The notes under the pieces are model-generated. The model was not told where the DNA came from, did not search any database, and was given only the letters and a program-made list of their open reading frames with translations. DNA of 33,791 nt, from the NCBI GenBank assembly GCA_041746255.1, contig JBGTHM010000049.1, positions 1-33,791 of the forward strand. Reading direction: 5' to 3'. The DNA is from Fibrobacteria bacterium (GTDB lineage: Bacteria; Fibrobacterota; Fibrobacteria; UBA11236). A program made the position numbers and the translations under genes. This document shows positions 1 through 8,438 of this stretch, piece by piece. How positions within the stretch are numbered: position 1 is the first letter of the stretch; each line of letters opens with the position of its first letter.

Positions 1-149
1 GAAAACCAACGGAGCGAAGGCCGCAAGACAGGATGGAAACGGGTTCCTTACAAGTTACCCCGCCCCTGAAACCCTTGTGGCTGAAGGTCCGGAAGCCAAT
101 GCAAGTTTTTGTCCGATAAAAATTTCTTAACTCGGAGGGAGGTGATCAA

Positions 150-287
150 ATGGCCGCTAAGAAGAAGGCAACTAAAAAGGCCGCTAAGAAAGCAACCAAG
201 AAGGCGCCGAAGAAGGCAACTAAAAAGGTAGCGAAGAAAGCGACTAAGAAGAAAGTTGTAAAGAAGAAAGTCGCGAAGAAGAAATAA
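150..287 (+). CDS. Small Lys/Ala-rich histone H1-like (nucleoid-associated) protein, 45 aa
   Basis: Hand translation gives MAAKKKATKKAAKKATKKAPKKATKKVAKKATKKKVVKKKVAKKK*, with 24/45 Lys. A very strong SD (GGAGGTGATC) lies just upstream of the ATG at 150 and an intrinsic terminator follows. The ORF is below the track's size cutoff. Confidence 0.85.
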   Translation: MAAKKKATKKAAKKATKKAPKKATKKVAKKATKKKVVKKKVAKKK

Positions 288-320
288 TCCGACTTAATTC
301 CATACATATCACTCACTTAC

Positions 321-350
321 AAGGAGTGCCGGTTCGCCGGCCTCCTTTTT
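321..350 (+). terminator. Rho-independent terminator of the histone-like gene
   Basis: AAGGAG-T-GCCGG-TTCG-CCGGC-CTCCTT hairpin with a TTCG loop running into a T-tract. Confidence 0.85.
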
Positions 351-513
351 CTATATGGGCTTGGTTTTAATTCCCGAGAGCCTCGTTCATCAGCGTCTAT
401 ACCCTTTAATTTCCCCCTTCCCTTTGCAATTTGCAATAATTCCAATCCTCAAATCCCGGCTTTTGGCCGACTTTACAGCCTTGGCAACTACTTGGGAGGG
501 GATGTATGGGTAA

Positions 514-534
514 GGCGTCAACTTCGTGGACGCC
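514..534 (-). terminator. Possible hairpin/terminator just downstream of argS
   Basis: GGCGTC...GACGCC inverted repeat 12 nt after the argS stop. The U-tract is weak. Confidence 0.3.
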
Positions 535-546
535 GGAGGAAACAGT

Positions 547-2283
547 CTACATTGAGTCTATGACGGGTACGCCCAATAGCTCCAAGGTATTACGCAGGAC
601 AATGCGGGTACAGTCGACCAGAAACAAACGCTCCGATTCTTCGGCGCTGCCCAATACCCGGGACGAATGCAGAAACCCATGGGTGGCTTCCGCGATTTCC
701 AAGGCATATTGACCTAGGCCACAGGGGTCGTCAACCGAGACCGCGGACAGCAGGCGATCGGGAAACATGCTCAGCAGATAAATCAAATCCAGGGAAGGAG
801 TATCGGTCAGTTTCGTGAAATCCATCCCGTCATAGTGCGTCCCGACCCCGACGGGTCCGTCCCCACGCGACTTTCGTAAGATACTGCAAAGGCGGACGTG
901 TGCATTCAGAACATACGGTCCGGTATCGCCTTCGAAGCTGAGGACTTTGTCCCATTCGAAACGAATGTCGTTCAGTCTGCGGTTTTTCATTTCATTGAAA
1001 ACCAGCGCCCCCACGGCGATTTTCCGGGAAAGGTTCTCCTTATCCGCCAAGTCCGGGTTTTTCTGGAGGATTATTTCCAGGATTCTTTCGCTTGCCCGTT
1101 CAATGACATCCTTCAATAAGCTGGCTCTGCCCGCTCGCGTCTTTCCTTTTTCCCATTTGCCTTCTTCACTCTTGTTAAGGACCAGTCCGAAGGGAATGTG
1201 TTCACAGTTTTGGGCCCAATCATAGCCCATTTTCTTCAAGGTAAGGAAGATTTGTTGGAAATGCAGCGACTGTCCGTTGTCCACGACATATAAGGATCGA
1301 TCGAAATTAAAACTTTTTTGCCTGAACAGGGCAGCGGCCAAATCGCGGGTCGCGTACAAGGATGTCCCATCCGATTTTTTTAGGAGCAGGGGAGGGAGGC
1401 CCTCCTCTTGAAAATCGACGATGAGCGCGCCTTGGCTGCGCGTGACCAAGCCCTGCCGTTCCAACAATTCCATGACCTCGGGAATCTTGTTCAGGAAAAA
1501 GGACTCTCCGGTATAATGATCGAATTCCACTCCCAGAATCTCGTAGAGTCTCCGAAGCTCCGCCAACGTGGTATCGCGAAAGGCTTTCCAGAGATTGAGC
1601 ATACGTTCGTCGCCTGCTTCCAATTTCTGGAAGGCCTCCCTCGCCTTGCCTTCCAGATCGGGATCCTTCCGGCTTGCTTCTTCGAAATTCTTGTAGAGCT
1701 GGTTAAGTTCTTCAATGGTAACCTGCCTCAGGCTCTCCTCGTCCTCAGGACGTCCCGACTGCAGAAACATGATTATCAATTTTCCGTAACTGGTACCCCA
1801 ATCGCCCAGATGGTTGACGCGTTCGACACGGAAACCTGAGGCGCGATAGAGACGGGATAGGGCGCGGCCAAGCATTGTGCCCCGCATATGGTGAAATGCG
1901 AGTTCCTTGCCCATGTTGGGTGAGGAGAAATCGATAACGATGGTTTTTCCTTCGCCATGCCGGTTATGCCCATAGGTTTGGTCTTCCTGCGTTATCCTTT
2001 GAAGTACGGTGGCGACGAACGAAGGTTTGTCTACGAAGAAATTGAGATACCCGCCTGCCGCCTCGGCTTTTTCGAAGGCGGGGGGCAAGGCAATACTTCC
2101 AGCCAACTCTGCGGCGATTACGGGTGGCGCCTTGCGCCGGGTTTTGGCAAGTGTGAAACAGGGAAACGCATAGTCCCCCTGGGCTCGCACCGGGGGCAGG
2201 GAGATCAATGGGAGGATTTGTTCGGGGGGTAGGTTAAGTAGAGGAGATAGCGCGTCGGCAATTTCCTCTTTAAAGCTCTTCAT
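547..2283 (-). CDS. argS: Arginine--tRNA ligase
   Basis: GDYAFPCF N-terminal domain, DFSSPN, RVNHLGDWG, LLKKSDGTSLYATRDLAA, LSFEGDTGPY, DALR-type C-terminus. The HIGH and KMSK motifs are atypical. Confidence 0.97.
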   Translation of the reverse strand: MKSFKEEIADALSPLLNLPPEQILPLISLPPVRAQGDYAFPCFTLAKTRRKAPPVIAAELAGSIALPPAFEKAEAAGGYLNFFVDKPSFVATVLQRITQEDQTYGHNRHGEGKTIVIDFSSPNMGKELAFHHMRGTMLGRALSRLYRASGFRVERVNHLGDWGTSYGKLIIMFLQSGRPEDEESLRQVTIEELNQLYKNFEEASRKDPDLEGKAREAFQKLEAGDERMLNLWKAFRDTTLAELRRLYEILGVEFDHYTGESFFLNKIPEVMELLERQGLVTRSQGALIVDFQEEGLPPLLLKKSDGTSLYATRDLAAALFRQKSFNFDRSLYVVDNGQSLHFQQIFLTLKKMGYDWAQNCEHIPFGLVLNKSEEGKWEKGKTRAGRASLLKDVIERASERILEIILQKNPDLADKENLSRKIAVGALVFNEMKNRRLNDIRFEWDKVLSFEGDTGPYVLNAHVRLCSILRKSRGDGPVGVGTHYDGMDFTKLTDTPSLDLIYLLSMFPDRLLSAVSVDDPCGLGQYALEIAEATHGFLHSSRVLGSAEESERLFLVDCTRIVLRNTLELLGVPVIDSM

Positions 2284-2698
2284 GCTCGTCTTCTTGTTCT
2301 TCTTCGGGGCTGGCGTAGTCGGCGGGATTCAGCTGAGTGACCTTGGCGTCCGCCCAAAGCCGTTCGAGGGAATAATAGCTCCGCGTGTCTTTTTCAAAAA
2401 GGTGAATGATGAGTTCGCCATAGTCGATGATGGCCCAGCGGACGCCCGCATGGTATTCCGCCCTCAGGCTTTTAACGCCTTTGCGGCTCAATGCGCGCGT
2501 GGTGGAATTAATGATGGCCCGCATCTGGGCTTGATTCTGGCAGGTACAGATGAGGTAGAAATCCGTGATGGTGGATAGCCCACGCAAATCGAGGAGCACC
2601 GCGTCCTCTACTTTTTTCGAGAAAAGCACCTCGGCCGCCATGCGGACCAGATCGATTTCTTCTACAGTCTTGTCTTTTACTACTCCGGATTTCGCCAT
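2270..2698 (-). CDS. rsfS: Ribosome silencing factor RsfS (Iojap)
   Basis: KKVEDAVLLDLRGLSTITDFYLICT, WAIIDYGELIIHLF, RSYYSLERLWADA. Confidence 0.95.
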   Translation of the reverse strand: MAKSGVVKDKTVEEIDLVRMAAEVLFSKKVEDAVLLDLRGLSTITDFYLICTCQNQAQMRAIINSTTRALSRKGVKSLRAEYHAGVRWAIIDYGELIIHLFEKDTRSYYSLERLWADAKVTQLNPADYASPEEEQEDEHEEL

Positions 2699-3126
2699 CG
2701 CTTCATTAGCTCCTCATAATCTTTACCCACGAACACAGTCGCATCCACCATAGCCGAGCTGTCGACCAAGTGCACGAGATTTTTGGTGCGCAGCGCCTTA
2801 GCGAGATCTTCCGCTATGGTCGCGGACGCCGTGCGCGCCACCACCAAGGTGCGCTCATAGTTCCACATTTCGGCGTTGCCGAATTCAATGACGTCAAAGC
2901 CCAAGTCCGAGAGATAATTCCGGAACAGTTCAGCCGCTCCCGATTTACCGCAGCCATTCAATACCTGAATTTGTCCGGTATTGGGAACAAAGGGCCGATG
3001 CTCTTCCTTCTCGCATCCCGCGAAAATAAAGGCGGAAACGAAACACACCCATGTCGGGAAGTGATGGGTGCGGGTAGAGGAATGAACGATGAATCGAGTT
3101 CCGGACTGCAATTTATCTTGGACCAT
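2680..3126 (-). CDS. LytR C-terminal domain protein, probable lipoprotein
   Basis: IQVLNGCGKSGAA...GFDVIEFGNA...DATVFVGKDY matches LytR_C. A hydrophobic stretch ends in a lipobox-like FAGC. Start moved to the ATG at 3126 to reduce overlap with the upstream gene. Confidence 0.8.
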   Translation of the reverse strand: MVQDKLQSGTRFIVHSSTRTHHFPTWVCFVSAFIFAGCEKEEHRPFVPNTGQIQVLNGCGKSGAAELFRNYLSDLGFDVIEFGNAEMWNYERTLVVARTASATIAEDLAKALRTKNLVHLVDSSAMVDATVFVGKDYEELMKRWRNPE

Positions 3127-3670
3127 ATGTCCGGTAAGGTCCGAAAGGTCCGTAGGCCTTCCAAGCGTCCTCGCCGTTAAACCATTGCAGCGAAAAAACA
3201 CTATTTTCAGAGGGACGATATTCCAGTCCAATATGCGGCATGATAAACGAAGCCGATTGCAAATGATTCGAGAAATTACGGGAATCCCCGGTTCCCGGAA
3301 TACTGGAATAAAAGGGAGTGTGCATGCCCACGTCCATGCGGAGGATCAGAGGATTTGCCAATTGATAGGAGAGTGTATTCAAATAGACACCGGAGGAGTA
3401 AGAGGCCCCTCCACCTGAGGAGAATCCCACCGAATAGCTTTGACGCATGGAAAAACGGTTCGGATCAAGTAAGGAAAATCCGTTGTGGGAATCGGAGCGG
3501 AATTGAGGGGAGATGAGGGTTGATTTGTCGAATTCATTCGGCTGAGTCAGAACGGTGGAAACCGATTTTTCGGAATTGGGTTTAAAGGAGTCGGCGTACA
3601 ATGGCACCAGGGTTAAACTCGCAAAAAACCCTAAGTAAGCAATAAATTGAAACGCGCTACCGGTATGCAT
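3113..3670 (-). CDS. Hypothetical exported protein (beta-rich, possibly outer membrane)
   Basis: Signal-peptide-like N-terminus, alternating-hydrophobic strands (SMRQSYSVGF, YLNTLSYQL, IGLEYRP), and in line with the operon. Confidence 0.7.
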   Translation of the reverse strand: MHTGSAFQFIAYLGFFASLTLVPLYADSFKPNSEKSVSTVLTQPNEFDKSTLISPQFRSDSHNGFSLLDPNRFSMRQSYSVGFSSGGGASYSSGVYLNTLSYQLANPLILRMDVGMHTPFYSSIPGTGDSRNFSNHLQSASFIMPHIGLEYRPSENSVFSLQWFNGEDAWKAYGPFGPYRTYGPR

Positions 3671-3695
3671 ATCTACCTATTAATATAACACCGGC

Positions 3696-4046
3696 TTAGG
3701 GCGAAGGGTAGTTTTTAGCATTGACATGTACGATTTTGGGCTGATGCGCCACCATTTCCGAATCATTAAGTAAAGCATAGGTCAGGATAATGATGAGATC
3801 CCCGATTTGGACCAACCGGGCTGCCGCGCCATTGATGCAGATATCGCCGGATTCGGCCTTGCCTTCTATGGCATAGGTGTCGAATCGCTCTCCATTGTTG
3901 AGGTTCACAATGGTGACTTTTTCGTATTCGCGAATATCGGCTATTTTCATCAAGGCGGAATCGATGGTTATCGACCCATTATAATTCAGATTCGCATCCG
4001 TGATGGTGACACGGTGGATTTTGGATTTAAGTATTTCTCTCAACAA
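3696..4046 (-). CDS. panD: Aspartate 1-decarboxylase
   Basis: [23 protein letters not shown] self-cleavage site, [15 protein letters not shown]. Confidence 0.97.
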   Translation of the reverse strand: MLREILKSKIHRVTITDANLNYNGSITIDSALMKIADIREYEKVTIVNLNNGERFDTYAIEGKAESGDICINGAAARLVQIGDLIIILTYALLNDSEMVAHQPKIVHVNAKNYPSP

Positions 4047-4082
4047 GGGTTAACCGTATCGTTTGCGTTGTCGTTCAAAGTA

Positions 4083-4727
4083 CTAAAAATCGAATGCCAG
4101 CAAACCCGGTGCGGTGGAGGAGGTGGAGGGTGGATGATAAGTGCCGCTGAAACGGCTTGCCTCTTGATTATCCACGTAGCGAGTGTCTAAAAAAGCGTCT
4201 GCTGCGCTCCAGAACATGGAACCCACCATGATGATGGGATAGTAGGGGTGAATATGACCGGTGACGCTGTTTCGATGAAAGATGGTCAAGGTTGCCGCCG
4301 TGGCTGCGATGGCGGAAAGAGTGAATCCATACCAGAATCGATCGGTACGGTATTGGTAATAACCAGGAAGCATTAAAGTGATGAAGGGGGTGAAATTGCT
4401 GGGGGATTGCTTCCGGTAACTTCGATCGATATCGTCGTCGGCCATCCCGACTTTTTTTTCGTTCAGCCAATGGGATTTGGAAACTCCCAGCCTTTTCCAC
4501 GGCTCCGAGAAGTATTCGTTGGGAGTGATGCCGTGTTCCAGGAGCATAAAAAGGCGAGACTTTGACATCCCGCTTTCCCTTACTTTCTGGAACTCCTCCT
4601 GGCTAATCCCCAGATCGTCATAGGAAAGTCCCGACCATTGATCCTCTTGCATGGAAAAGCCGGCATGGGGAACGGTAAATATGAAAAAGATGGCTAGGTG
4701 GAGTAAGGTATTTATGCGCATGGCCAT
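4083..4727 (-). CDS. Hypothetical membrane protein with signal peptide
   Basis: ATG at 4727 preceded by AGGAAGGA. Signal peptide, a helical G-[IMV]-[ST] repeat region, then 2-3 TM helices with an LPGYYQY motif. Confidence 0.7.
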   Translation of the reverse strand: MAMRINTLLHLAIFFIFTVPHAGFSMQEDQWSGLSYDDLGISQEEFQKVRESGMSKSRLFMLLEHGITPNEYFSEPWKRLGVSKSHWLNEKKVGMADDDIDRSYRKQSPSNFTPFITLMLPGYYQYRTDRFWYGFTLSAIAATAATLTIFHRNSVTGHIHPYYPIIMVGSMFWSAADAFLDTRYVDNQEASRFSGTYHPPSTSSTAPGLLAFDF

Positions 4728-4774
4728 TTTCCTTCCTACGGGTCTAGTCTTCGCCAATGGGTCGGACAAAGGAC

Positions 4775-4861
4775 TGGTGCCGAGGGGGGGACTTGAACCC
4801 CCACAGAGTTGCCCCTATCGGATTTTGAGTCCGACGCGTCTACCAGTTTCACCACCTCGGC
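4775..4861 (-). tRNA. tRNA-Leu(CAA)
   Basis: GCCGAGG/CCTCGGC acceptor stem, anticodon arm TCGGA-CTCAAAA-TCCGA, long variable arm, GGGGG-TTCAAGT-CCCCC T-arm, encoded CCA; 87 nt. Confidence 0.97.
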
Positions 4862-4870
4862 GCAGTGGAA

Positions 4871-4900
4871 AATATAGTACCAAGGCGGGATATTTCTCAA
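4871..4900 (-). promoter_or_regulatory. Putative sigma70 promoter of tRNA-Leu
   Basis: TTGAGA-18 nt-TATATT on the minus strand, 9 nt before the mature tRNA 5' end. Confidence 0.45.
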
Positions 4901-4962
4901 TGAATTTCGCTAATTAGGGCGATTTTTACTTTCCTTTTTTTCCAACACCTCGGGAAGGGAGA

Positions 4963-5988
4963 TCATGGTTTTACAACATACGCGTCCCATCCTTGGGGGA
5001 TTAACCGGGTATCCGACCAAGCTTTGGCCTCGGCCTGGGAAGCGAATTCACCCACATAAACACGGTATAAACCCTTTTCGGCCACATCGCGGACGATACG
5101 CGGTGAAAGGCCGAGCCGGCGCAGCCTGGATTCGAGGTTTTGCGCATTGGCGGCCTGGGAAAAGGCGCCCACTTGCAAGGTGAATGCTTGCGAGGCATTC
5201 TCATTCCATGAAGGCACTCCGGGAGATCCTACGGGTGACGGGAGCAGCCCCGTTTCCAGGGAGTTCGCAAAGGAAGAGCGCAGAAGCGAAACTTTGCGGC
5301 GGCCTTCCGGACTATCAAAGCCTTCCAGCCGGGCCAGTAGAAATAAAATGGTGGGCCGCACATCATCGGGCGCCGATTCCAATGCGAGTCGATACGCCCT
5401 TAGCGCCTCCAGGGTATCGCGTTGCGCCAAAGCCGTACGGGCCAAGCCTTCCCAGGCGAGGGAGTGGTAATAATGTCCCACCGTGATATTTTTTTGCAAG
5501 CTATTCAAGTATACCCGGCTGGTATCGAGATAATCGGCCTTGTCCGGACTATTTTGTTGGGAGTAAATCACGCAGGCTTGGGCCATCCAATAATGCGCGG
5601 GTTCCATCAAATCGCCCTGGGGGTGTAGCTGGATATATTTTCTGAAATAGGGAATGGCCATATGGTATCGCCCCGTGGCATAGAAATATTGGGCGGTACG
5701 GTATAGGCTCTCCGCTTGTTCCGGGCCCGGATTTTTTCCGTCGGCCAAACCCCGAAAAAGTTGATGGGCTTTTGTGCCTTCCAGGGATAATTTGGCGGCC
5801 AGAAGTCGGGTCCCAGGATCTTCCGGGTTGGCCTTCAGCGCCGTCCCGTTAATCGTGCGGGCTGAATCCAGAAAACCGGAGCGTACCAACTCGGTCAATT
5901 CGGAATGGGAAGGATTCGCCATTCCCGCGGTGTTCAATCCTACCGTAAGCAATAAAAGAGTGCTAAGCAACGAAAGGGGTACGGCCAT
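4963..5988 (-). CDS. TPR-repeat and C-terminal SPOR domain protein
   Basis: Signal peptide, TPR-like helices (SLYRTAQYFYATGRY...AHYWMAQ), and SPOR motifs FTLQVGAFS and YRVYVGEFAS. Confidence 0.88.
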   Translation of the reverse strand: MAVPLSLLSTLLLLTVGLNTAGMANPSHSELTELVRSGFLDSARTINGTALKANPEDPGTRLLAAKLSLEGTKAHQLFRGLADGKNPGPEQAESLYRTAQYFYATGRYHMAIPYFRKYIQLHPQGDLMEPAHYWMAQACVIYSQQNSPDKADYLDTSRVYLNSLQKNITVGHYYHSLAWEGLARTALAQRDTLEALRAYRLALESAPDDVRPTILFLLARLEGFDSPEGRRKVSLLRSSFANSLETGLLPSPVGSPGVPSWNENASQAFTLQVGAFSQAANAQNLESRLRRLGLSPRIVRDVAEKGLYRVYVGEFASQAEAKAWSDTRLIPQGWDAYVVKP

Positions 5989-5990
5989 AT

Positions 5991-6344
5991 TTACAGGGGA
6001 TCCGGGGCGCTGCGGGGATTTTTCAATGCATGGATCTCGCCGGTGAGACTTGCTATGCGTCCGGTTAGCTCCGCGATTTCGTCGTTCATTTCCGTCAGCC
6101 GCCGATCTTTCCGGTTCAAATCACTTTTAAGACGGTAGGCCTTCTTGAGATCGAGGGCGAACCAGACCAGGGCTCCGAGTAAAAAGCTGAGCACCAGCCA
6201 GAACCCCAGTGCCATCGAGTATCGGTACGGCAAAAAAGCAAGTTCCACAGGCTGTCCAAGATATCCTTGATTTTGGAAAATAAATACGCCGATTATGGCT
6301 ATGGATACGAAGAAAAGCAGCGATTTGATTATATCGTAGGGCAT
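5991..6344 (-). CDS. LapA/DUF1049-family membrane protein
   Basis: Two TM helices with an FIFQN motif, SFLLGAL, and a C-terminal coiled coil. Confidence 0.75.
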   Translation of the reverse strand: MPYDIIKSLLFFVSIAIIGVFIFQNQGYLGQPVELAFLPYRYSMALGFWLVLSFLLGALVWFALDLKKAYRLKSDLNRKDRRLTEMNDEIAELTGRIASLTGEIHALKNPRSAPDPL

Positions 6345-7666
6345 GATTTTCTCTCTGTGCGGGCGTGTACGGGTTTGCCGCGAAGTACCGAACCCCTGCG
6401 TGCGAGAATTTCAGTGGAAAATATGTCCCCCGGTGCAATTCCTGCATGGGCCGCGACCACCACTTTTTTGAAACAGTCCGACTTGCCAATCCACTCCTCT
6501 GCAGAGCGGGCCGAAGGTCCTTCCACCATTACCTCTACTTCACGTCCCACCATGGCCTCGAGTTTTTCCTCGCTAATCCGTTTTTGCATGGCGATTACCC
6601 TGGCTAAGCGGGTTTGCTTTTCCTCGGCCGACAGGGTTTCGGTTTCTTCGAAAGCGGGAGTTCCCTCCCTGGGCGAATAGGAGAACATAAAGGCGTTATC
6701 GAAGCGTATCTCTTCCATAAGGGAAACGGTTTCTTCGAAGTCCGAGGGCGTTTCTCCGACAAAACCGGTAATGATATCGGTGGTGATGCCCAGGCCGGGC
6801 ATGGCTGCGCGTAAATTTTCCACGATGTCGAGATATTTGCGGCGTGTATATTGCCTCCGCATTTTTTTCAGCATCCGATCGGACCCCGACTGCAGGGGAA
6901 GGTGAACGTGGCGGCTCACTTTGGGTGACTGCGCCATGGCCTCGATAACTTCGGCATCGAAATGGCGGGGATGGGGCGAGGTAAAGCGAATACGTGCCAG
7001 CCCTTCCACGTCGTTCAGCAGGCGAAGCAACTGGGCAAAATCGACGCCTTCGGTACGATAAGAATTTACCGTCTGGCCCAAAAGGCATACCTCTTTGACC
7101 CCCGCAGCTACGGCTCTTTGTACTTCTTCGAGGATGAGCTCGGGTTCGCGGCTGCGCTCGACGCCTCTGACAAAAGGAACGATGCAATAGGCGCAATGTT
7201 TATTGCAGCCTCGCATGATGGTAATCTGGGCGGTAACGGGAGAGTCGAGCTTGGCCATCAGCCCATCATAGTTTTCGAACGCGCTTTGCTCTGTCAATAC
7301 CGTGGATCCGCTCGGGGTGGCCTCAAATAGTTTTTCTTCGAGTTCGCGATAATTGTCGGGGCCCACCACGAAATTGACATGGCGGAGATCGACGGGGATT
7401 TTCTCCCCATGATTCTGGGCCATGCAGCCCACCACCGCGATACGCATGTTCGGATTGGTTTTTTTATAATAACGCATAGCCGCAATGCGGGCATACGCCC
7501 GGTCTTCGGCGCCGCCGCGAATCGAACAGGTATTAACGATGACCACATCGGCCCCATCCGGAGTTTCAGTGCTGCTGAGGCCGCGCTTTTCCAGCATCTC
7601 CGCAATCATATTGGAGTCGTAGACGTTCATTTGACAGCCATAAGTGGCTAAGTGGTATTTTTCCAT
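6329..7666 (-). CDS. miaB: tRNA-2-methylthio-N6-dimethylallyladenosine synthase MiaB
   Basis: TYGCQMNVYDS, NTCSIR, radical-SAM CNKHCAYC motif, HLPLQSGSD, C-terminal TRAM domain. Confidence 0.96.
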   Translation of the reverse strand: MEKYHLATYGCQMNVYDSNMIAEMLEKRGLSSTETPDGADVVIVNTCSIRGGAEDRAYARIAAMRYYKKTNPNMRIAVVGCMAQNHGEKIPVDLRHVNFVVGPDNYRELEEKLFEATPSGSTVLTEQSAFENYDGLMAKLDSPVTAQITIMRGCNKHCAYCIVPFVRGVERSREPELILEEVQRAVAAGVKEVCLLGQTVNSYRTEGVDFAQLLRLLNDVEGLARIRFTSPHPRHFDAEVIEAMAQSPKVSRHVHLPLQSGSDRMLKKMRRQYTRRKYLDIVENLRAAMPGLGITTDIITGFVGETPSDFEETVSLMEEIRFDNAFMFSYSPREGTPAFEETETLSAEEKQTRLARVIAMQKRISEEKLEAMVGREVEVMVEGPSARSAEEWIGKSDCFKKVVVAAHAGIAPGDIFSTEILARRGSVLRGKPVHARTERKSCPTI

Positions 7667-7688
7667 AATGGGCCGTATGCGTGAAAAT

Positions 7689-8402
7689 TTAACCTTTTTC
7701 GCCGGGGGCCGTGTCCTCGGTGGGTTTGACCGTCGGCGAGAGGCTGCGGATCAGGCCGGGTAGTTCCGAAAAGGTGGCGAAAGCCGGGGTATAGCCTGCC
7801 AATTCCGGTGCGGAGGAGCCGTATCCACCTTGAAAGCATAAAAATCTCACCCCATCGTTCCGGGCCACTTGTAAATCCTGCCATCCATCTCCCACCAGCA
7901 AGGTAGTTTCCGGAGTGCTGTGAGCCTTTCGGCGTAAGTGTTGTAATCCGCCCGGATCAGGCTTTTTCCCCCAAGGGCCGTCACCACCCAAGACCTCGCT
8001 GAAGTAGCTTGCCAATCCCAATTCGTTTAGGATTCTCATTGTTGCGGCCAAAGGCTTGTTGGTCAGCACCGCCAAGGAGATTTCCGATAACATATGCAGC
8101 GATTGCTCCACTCCGGGAAAGGGCCGTGAGAGGCGGGTACAATTCTCGGTATAATGCTCGAGAAATAGGTTGATTGTTTGAGTTGCCAGAGGGCTTAAGC
8201 CGGATTTTTGCGAGCGAATAAAATCCTCGGGCAGGCACCGGTAGATTAATTGCTCGGCGCCGTCGCCGATTCCGCGGCTAACTCGCTCCAGGGGGATCGA
8301 CGGAAACCCATTTTCCAGGAGTGCATAATTGACGGCTGCGGCCAGATCGGGAAGAGTATCGACCAGGGTTCCGTCCAAATCAAAAATCACCAATTCATAC
8401 AT
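7689..8402 (-). CDS. gph: HAD-superfamily hydrolase, phosphoglycolate phosphatase-like
   Basis: FDLDGTLVDT, LTNKP, KKPDP and VGDG motifs. Confidence 0.85.
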   Translation of the reverse strand: MYELVIFDLDGTLVDTLPDLAAAVNYALLENGFPSIPLERVSRGIGDGAEQLIYRCLPEDFIRSQKSGLSPLATQTINLFLEHYTENCTRLSRPFPGVEQSLHMLSEISLAVLTNKPLAATMRILNELGLASYFSEVLGGDGPWGKKPDPGGLQHLRRKAHSTPETTLLVGDGWQDLQVARNDGVRFLCFQGGYGSSAPELAGYTPAFATFSELPGLIRSLSPTVKPTEDTAPGEKG

Positions 8403-8438
8403 GGCGTTAAATTAGTAATCCGTGGTTACCTTTTTCCC

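Noticed and set aside
150..287. AAG-rich repeats as a CRISPR array or microsatellite
   Set aside because: The repeats are codon-level, with synonymous variation inside an ORF that has an SD and terminator; there is no repeat-spacer structure.
4775..4861. tRNA-Leu as an integration site for an island or prophage
   Set aside because: No integrase and no duplicated tRNA 3' end were seen; the flanks are housekeeping-type genes.
8250..8438. N-terminal extension of the M14 ORF given in the track
   Set aside because: It overlaps gph on the opposite strand; the signal peptide starts at ATG 8439.
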